DNA of 64,000 nucleotides from Escherichia coli (GTDB lineage Bacteria; Pseudomonadota; Gammaproteobacteria; Enterobacterales; Enterobacteriaceae): NCBI RefSeq assembly GCF_001677475.2, contig NZ_CP015229.1; one strand, 5' to 3'. Shown piece by piece: positions 59,963 to 64,000 of this stretch (position 1 is its first letter; each line of letters starts with the position of its first letter). The notes under the pieces were generated by a model. It saw only the letters and a program-made list of their open reading frames with translations, ran no database searches and was not told where the DNA came from. The position numbers and the translations under genes were made by a program.

Positions 59963-60918
59963 AATTGTTTTCCTTCCAGTTGAGTGGGCTGCCAGATGCG
60001 CTGGCGAATATCGACTTTTTTCGGCACCAGACGATTTTCATAAAACAGATCTGCCGTTTGCTGCTGTAAGGCGGCAACTTCGGCGTTAACCGGTTTGATG
60101 GTAGTAGGAGGGCGATGATCTAAATAAGAGGCAATCACCGGGGCCGGTAAGCCCATCGTTTTTGCCAGTAAAGCGATGCTTTGCTCGCGCTGGCTGCGGG
60201 TTAACGCATCGGCCTCACTAAAGGTTGCCAGTACGCCCTGAATAAAAGCGCCGTTTTTTTCTGCATACGGACGGGCAGCCAGATAAAACGATCCGGTCTG
60301 ATTGAGATCGGTGCCGTCTTTTAGCACCCGCACGCCGCCCTGTAATAATGCAGCGGAGTAGTAGGGATCCCAGATAGCCCATGCGTCGACGTTACCTTGC
60401 TGGAACGCGGCGCGGGCATCAGCGGGTGTCAGGTAAGTGGGTTGTATATCGGTAAACTTAAGCCCGGCCTGGCGTAGTGCGCGTAGTAAAAGATTGTGCG
60501 AACTGGAACCTTTCTGAAAGGCAACTTTGTGACCTTTAAGATCGGCTACGGTTTTGATCGGGCTGTTTTCTGCCACCAGAATCACTTCGGCTTTGGGCTT
60601 CGGCGGCTCGACGCCCACATATACCAAATCAGCCCCGGCAGCCTGGGCAAAGATTGGCGGAATATCTCCGGTACTGCCGAGATCAATACTGCCAACGTTT
60701 AACGCCTCCAGCATCTGTGGGCCAGCGGGGAACTCCACCCAGGAGATTTTGGTTTGCGGATAGCGTTTTTCCAGTAACTGGTGGCTTTTTGCCAGCACCA
60801 TACCAATACTGCCTTTCTGATAGCCTATACGTAACGCTTCAGGAGAGGATTCTGCAGCAACCGCAATCGTAGAGACGCTAAGTAATCCCGCCAGCGCCAG
60901 TTGAATGATGTTACGCAT
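59959..60918 (-). CDS. ssuA: Periplasmic aliphatic sulfonate-binding protein (319 aa)
   Basis: Starts [29 protein letters not shown] (signal peptide); ORF-track frame extends 45 codons upstream; overlaps the ssuE 3' end by 8 bp. Confidence 0.9.
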
Positions 60919-61486
60919 GGGCATTACCTCGCAGAGACAGAAGATCGGGAACCTGAACATCGCGGCGGTGCAGCGCCTGCCAGAAAGTTTCCAGCGCGGT
61001 ATCAAGACGGGTTTGCAGATTTGGCGTGAACTGCGGCTTGTGGTGGTAATCAATCACCTGTGAGTCATCGGCAAACACGCCGTGCAGGATCTCCTGGGCT
61101 TTCAGCGCACTTAAAACTGGCTTAAGGGCATAATCGACCGCCAGCAGATGGGCCACCGTACCGCCCGTCGCCAGCGGTAGCACCACTTTGCCTTGCAACG
61201 CACGTTCTGGCAGCAGGTCGAGCAGGGTTTTCAGCGCACCGGAATAGGCGGCTTTATACACAGGCGTGGCGACAATCAGCCCATCGGCCTGTTGCAGCTG
61301 TTCGGTGAAGGTTTTGAGTGCCGGACTATCGAAACGAGCATAAAGTAGATCTTCCGGGGCGAAGTTTTGCAGATTCCAGTGATAAACCTCTACATCCAGG
61401 CCATTTAGTTTTTCCCGCGCATATTCCAGCAAGGAGCTGGAACGAGAAGGAAAGCGAGGACTACCCGCCAGGGTGATGACACGCAT
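60911..61486 (-). CDS. ssuE: NADPH-dependent FMN reductase (191 aa)
   Basis: MRVITLAGSPRFPSRSSSLLEYAREKL; first gene of the ssuEADCB array. Confidence 0.9.
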   Translation of the reverse strand: MRVITLAGSPRFPSRSSSLLEYAREKLNGLDVEVYHWNLQNFAPEDLLYARFDSPALKTFTEQLQQADGLIVATPVYKAAYSGALKTLLDLLPERALQGKVVLPLATGGTVAHLLAVDYALKPVLSALKAQEILHGVFADDSQVIDYHHKPQFTPNLQTRLDTALETFWQALHRRDVQVPDLLSLRGNAHA

Positions 61487-61622
61487 ACTCTCTCCTTATA
61501 ACCAATTGTTCTTGTTTTGTTAACATTGATAACAATTCGGTCAGTCTGACAGAGGGCGTCCGCGAGTCGAAATGATTTATCTGAGGAAGAAAAGCCAAAA
61601 AAAGCATAAAAAAAGCGCAATA

Positions 61623-61638
61623 AGAAAACGTTTGCTAT
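61623..61638 (+). promoter_or_regulatory. Candidate PurR operator upstream of pyrD
   Basis: AGAAAACGTTTGCTAT resembles the PurR box core (AAACGTTTGC); about 90 bp upstream of the pyrD ATG. pyrD regulation by PurR is established; the site call is inference. Confidence 0.4.
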
Positions 61639-61722
61639 TTATTGCCACAGGTCAATTCCCTTTTGGTCCGAACTCGCACATAATACGCCCCCGGTTTGCA
61701 CACCGGGAATCCAGGAGAGTTC

Positions 61723-62733
61723 ATGTACTACCCCTTCGTTCGTAAAGCCCTTTTCCAGCTCGATCCAGAGCGCGCTCATGAGTTTACTTTTCAGCAATTA
61801 CGCCGCATTACCGGAACACCGTTTGAAGCACTGGTGCGGCAGAAAGTGCCTGCGAAACCTGTTAACTGCATGGGCCTGACGTTTAAAAATCCGCTTGGTC
61901 TGGCAGCCGGTCTTGATAAAGACGGGGAGTGCATTGATGCGTTAGGTGCGATGGGATTTGGATCGATCGAGATCGGTACCGTCACGCCACGTCCACAGCC
62001 TGGTAATGACAAGCCGCGTCTCTTTCGTCTGGTAGATGCCGAAGGTTTGATCAACCGTATGGGCTTTAATAATCTTGGCGTTGATAACCTCGTAGAGAAC
62101 GTAAAAAAGGCCCATTATGACGGCGTCCTGGGTATTAACATCGGCAAAAATAAAGATACGCCAGTGGAGCAGGGCAAAGATGACTATCTGATTTGTATGG
62201 AAAAAATCTATGCCTATGCGGGATATATCGCTATCAATATTTCATCGCCAAATACCCCAGGATTACGCACTCTGCAATATGGTGAAGCGCTGGATGATCT
62301 CTTAACTGCGATTAAAAATAAGCAAAATGATTTGCAAGCGATGCACCATAAATATGTGCCGATCGCAGTGAAGATCGCGCCGGATCTTTCTGAAGAAGAA
62401 TTGATCCAGGTTGCCGATAGTTTAGTTCGCCATAATATTGATGGCGTTATTGCAACCAATACCACACTCGATCGTTCTCTGGTTCAGGGAATGAAAAATT
62501 GCGATCAAACCGGTGGCTTAAGTGGTCGTCCGCTTCAGTTAAAAAGCACCGAAATTATTCGCCGCTTGTCACTGGAATTAAACGGTCGCTTACCGATCAT
62601 CGGTGTTGGCGGCATCGACTCGGTTATCGCTGCGCGTGAAAAGATTGCTGCGGGTGCCTCACTGGTGCAAATTTATTCTGGTTTTATTTTTAAAGGTCCG
62701 CCGCTGATTAAAGAAATCGTTACCCATATCTAA
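61723..62733 (+). CDS. pyrD: Dihydroorotate dehydrogenase (quinone) (336 aa)
   Basis: Starts [21 protein letters not shown]; GGAG before the ATG; ORF-track frame extends 9 codons upstream. Confidence 0.95.
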
Positions 62734-62765
62734 TTATTTCTTCGAATTCCTCTTTATAAGATAAT

Positions 62766-62796
62766 CAGGGCTTTATTTTCAGCCCTGGTTGTTTTA
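62766..62796 (+). terminator. pyrD terminator candidate
   Basis: CAGGGC-(10 nt loop)-GCCCTG followed by GTTGTTTT. Confidence 0.4.
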
Positions 62797-62906
62797 TATT
62801 CATCGCTGTTGCTTATTTAGACATTTTGTACTTTTATTGTTGAGGTTATTAAGCGAAGCGACAATGGATTGTGTTGCTGCGGTTTTATAGGGTAGGGGAG
62901 AGGCAG

Positions 62907-63449
62907 ATGCGAATTAAACCAGACGATAACTGGCGTTGGTATTACGATGAAGAGCACGATCGAATGATGCTCGATTTAGCCAATGGTATGCTATTTCGCT
63001 CACGTTTTGCGCGCAAAATGTTGACTCCAGATGCCTTTTCTCCCGCAGGCTTTTGCGTTGACGACGCCGCGCTCTATTTCTCATTTGAAGAAAAATGCCG
63101 CGATTTTAATTTATCTAAAGAACAAAAAGCCGAACTGGTGCTTAATGCGCTGGTAGCAATTCGTTATCTCAAACCGCAAATGCCGAAAAGCTGGCATTTT
63201 GTTTCCCATGGTGAAATGTGGGTGCCCATGCCGGGCGATGCGGCCTGCGTTTGGTTGAGCGACACTCACGAGCAAGTCAATTTGCTGGTCGTTGAATCTG
63301 GCGAAAATGCCGCACTATGCCTGCTGGCACAACCCTGCGTTGTTATTGCGGGTCGCGCGATGCAGATGGGCGACGCCATCAAAATCATGAACGACAGGCT
63401 GAAACCGCAGGTTAATGTTGACAGCTTCAGCCTCGAACAGGCAGTCTAA
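62907..63449 (+). CDS. zapC: Cell division protein ZapC (180 aa)
   Basis: Starts [24 protein letters not shown]; ORF-track frame extends 12 codons upstream. Confidence 0.9.
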   Translation: MRIKPDDNWRWYYDEEHDRMMLDLANGMLFRSRFARKMLTPDAFSPAGFCVDDAALYFSFEEKCRDFNLSKEQKAELVLNALVAIRYLKPQMPKSWHFVSHGEMWVPMPGDAACVWLSDTHEQVNLLVVESGENAALCLLAQPCVVIAGRAMQMGDAIKIMNDRLKPQVNVDSFSLEQAV

Positions 63450-64000
63450 CGTGCCAACTTAAGTGCAGTCTTCGGTACACAGCTACAGCAAAGAATGGTG
63501 CCATCATCGCCCATTGCTGATTTTTTCAGCGGCGTGACTTCGCCTTCTAAAAGCTGAACACGGCAACTTCCACAAATGCCCGCGCGGCAAGAATAAGGGA
63601 TACGAATTCCCTGATTTTCTAATTGCTCCAGCAACACTTGTTGGTTATTTCCACGAAATGCCCGTCCCTGCCAGTCAATATCTACATTTGCGTCCGATTG
63701 TTGCGTGATGTTGGCGGTATCATCAGCGGCAGTTGCGCCGTAAACTTTCGCCGGAGCCGTTGCCAGAATTTCCACCTCATCGCCAACGCGAATCACGCCG
63801 CTATTACGGGCAATTAAATTCTGACCAAAATCGACATCGCCGTTATTCTGGGCAGTGCGGAAAGATTGCAATGTTTTTAATGGTTCGCCTGCCGGATGTT
63901 TTTGCCCTTTTTCTGGGCTGACGGTGGTGAAAATACAGCGGCTACAAGGTTTAACCACATCAAACACCACATCACCAATGCGAATCACTTTCCAGCGATC
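63446..64000 (-). CDS. ycbX: YcbX C-terminal part: MOSC domain protein with 2Fe-2S ferredoxin-like tail; 5' part outside the window
   Basis: Minus-strand ORF ending at 63446 and running off the window end; C-terminal [11 protein letters not shown] … CCSC cysteine cluster; convergent 4-bp overlap with zapC. Confidence 0.85.
   Translation of the reverse strand, partial: DRWKVIRIGDVVFDVVKPCSRCIFTTVSPEKGQKHPAGEPLKTLQSFRTAQNNGDVDFGQNLIARNSGVIRVGDEVEILATAPAKVYGATAADDTANITQQSDANVDIDWQGRAFRGNNQQVLLEQLENQGIRIPYSCRAGICGSCRVQLLEGEVTPLKKSAMGDDGTILCCSCVPKTALKLAR

Overview
This window is a conserved enterobacterial core segment that, from protein identity and gene order recalled for the E. coli K-12 20–21 min region, runs ycaD'–ycaM … pflA–pflB–focA–ycaO–ycaP–serC–aroA–ycaL–cmk–rpsA–ihfB–ycaI–msbA–lpxK–ycaQ–ycaR–kdsB–ycbJ–elyC–cmoM–mukFEB–ldtD–mepK–gloC–aspC–ompF–asnS–pncB–pepN–ssuEADCB–pyrD–zapC–ycbX'. 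The main finding is a ~12.7 kb AT-rich, rare-codon block (about 1779–14488) between ycaM and pflA, where K-12 carries ycaN–ycaK. It encodes five co-directional, tightly packed genes: a membrane EAL phosphodiesterase, a membrane GGDEF diguanylate cyclase, a BcsA-family GT2+PilZ synthase, a BcsB-like subunit and a BcsC-like TPR/outer-membrane protein. This reads as a self-contained c-di-GMP-controlled cellulose-like exopolysaccharide secretion module, lacking bcsZ/bcsQ/bcsR/bcsEFG and any mobility gene. The BcsC-like gene shows an abrupt internal switch in GC and codon usage, suggesting a recombinant gene. Two differences from the K-12 layout also stand out: ldtD is split by a -1 frameshift, and the elf/ycb fimbrial operon is absent between ssuE and pyrD. 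No tRNA, rRNA, CRISPR array, IS element or integrase was seen. All calls rest on reading the sequence and the ORF track; no database search was run.
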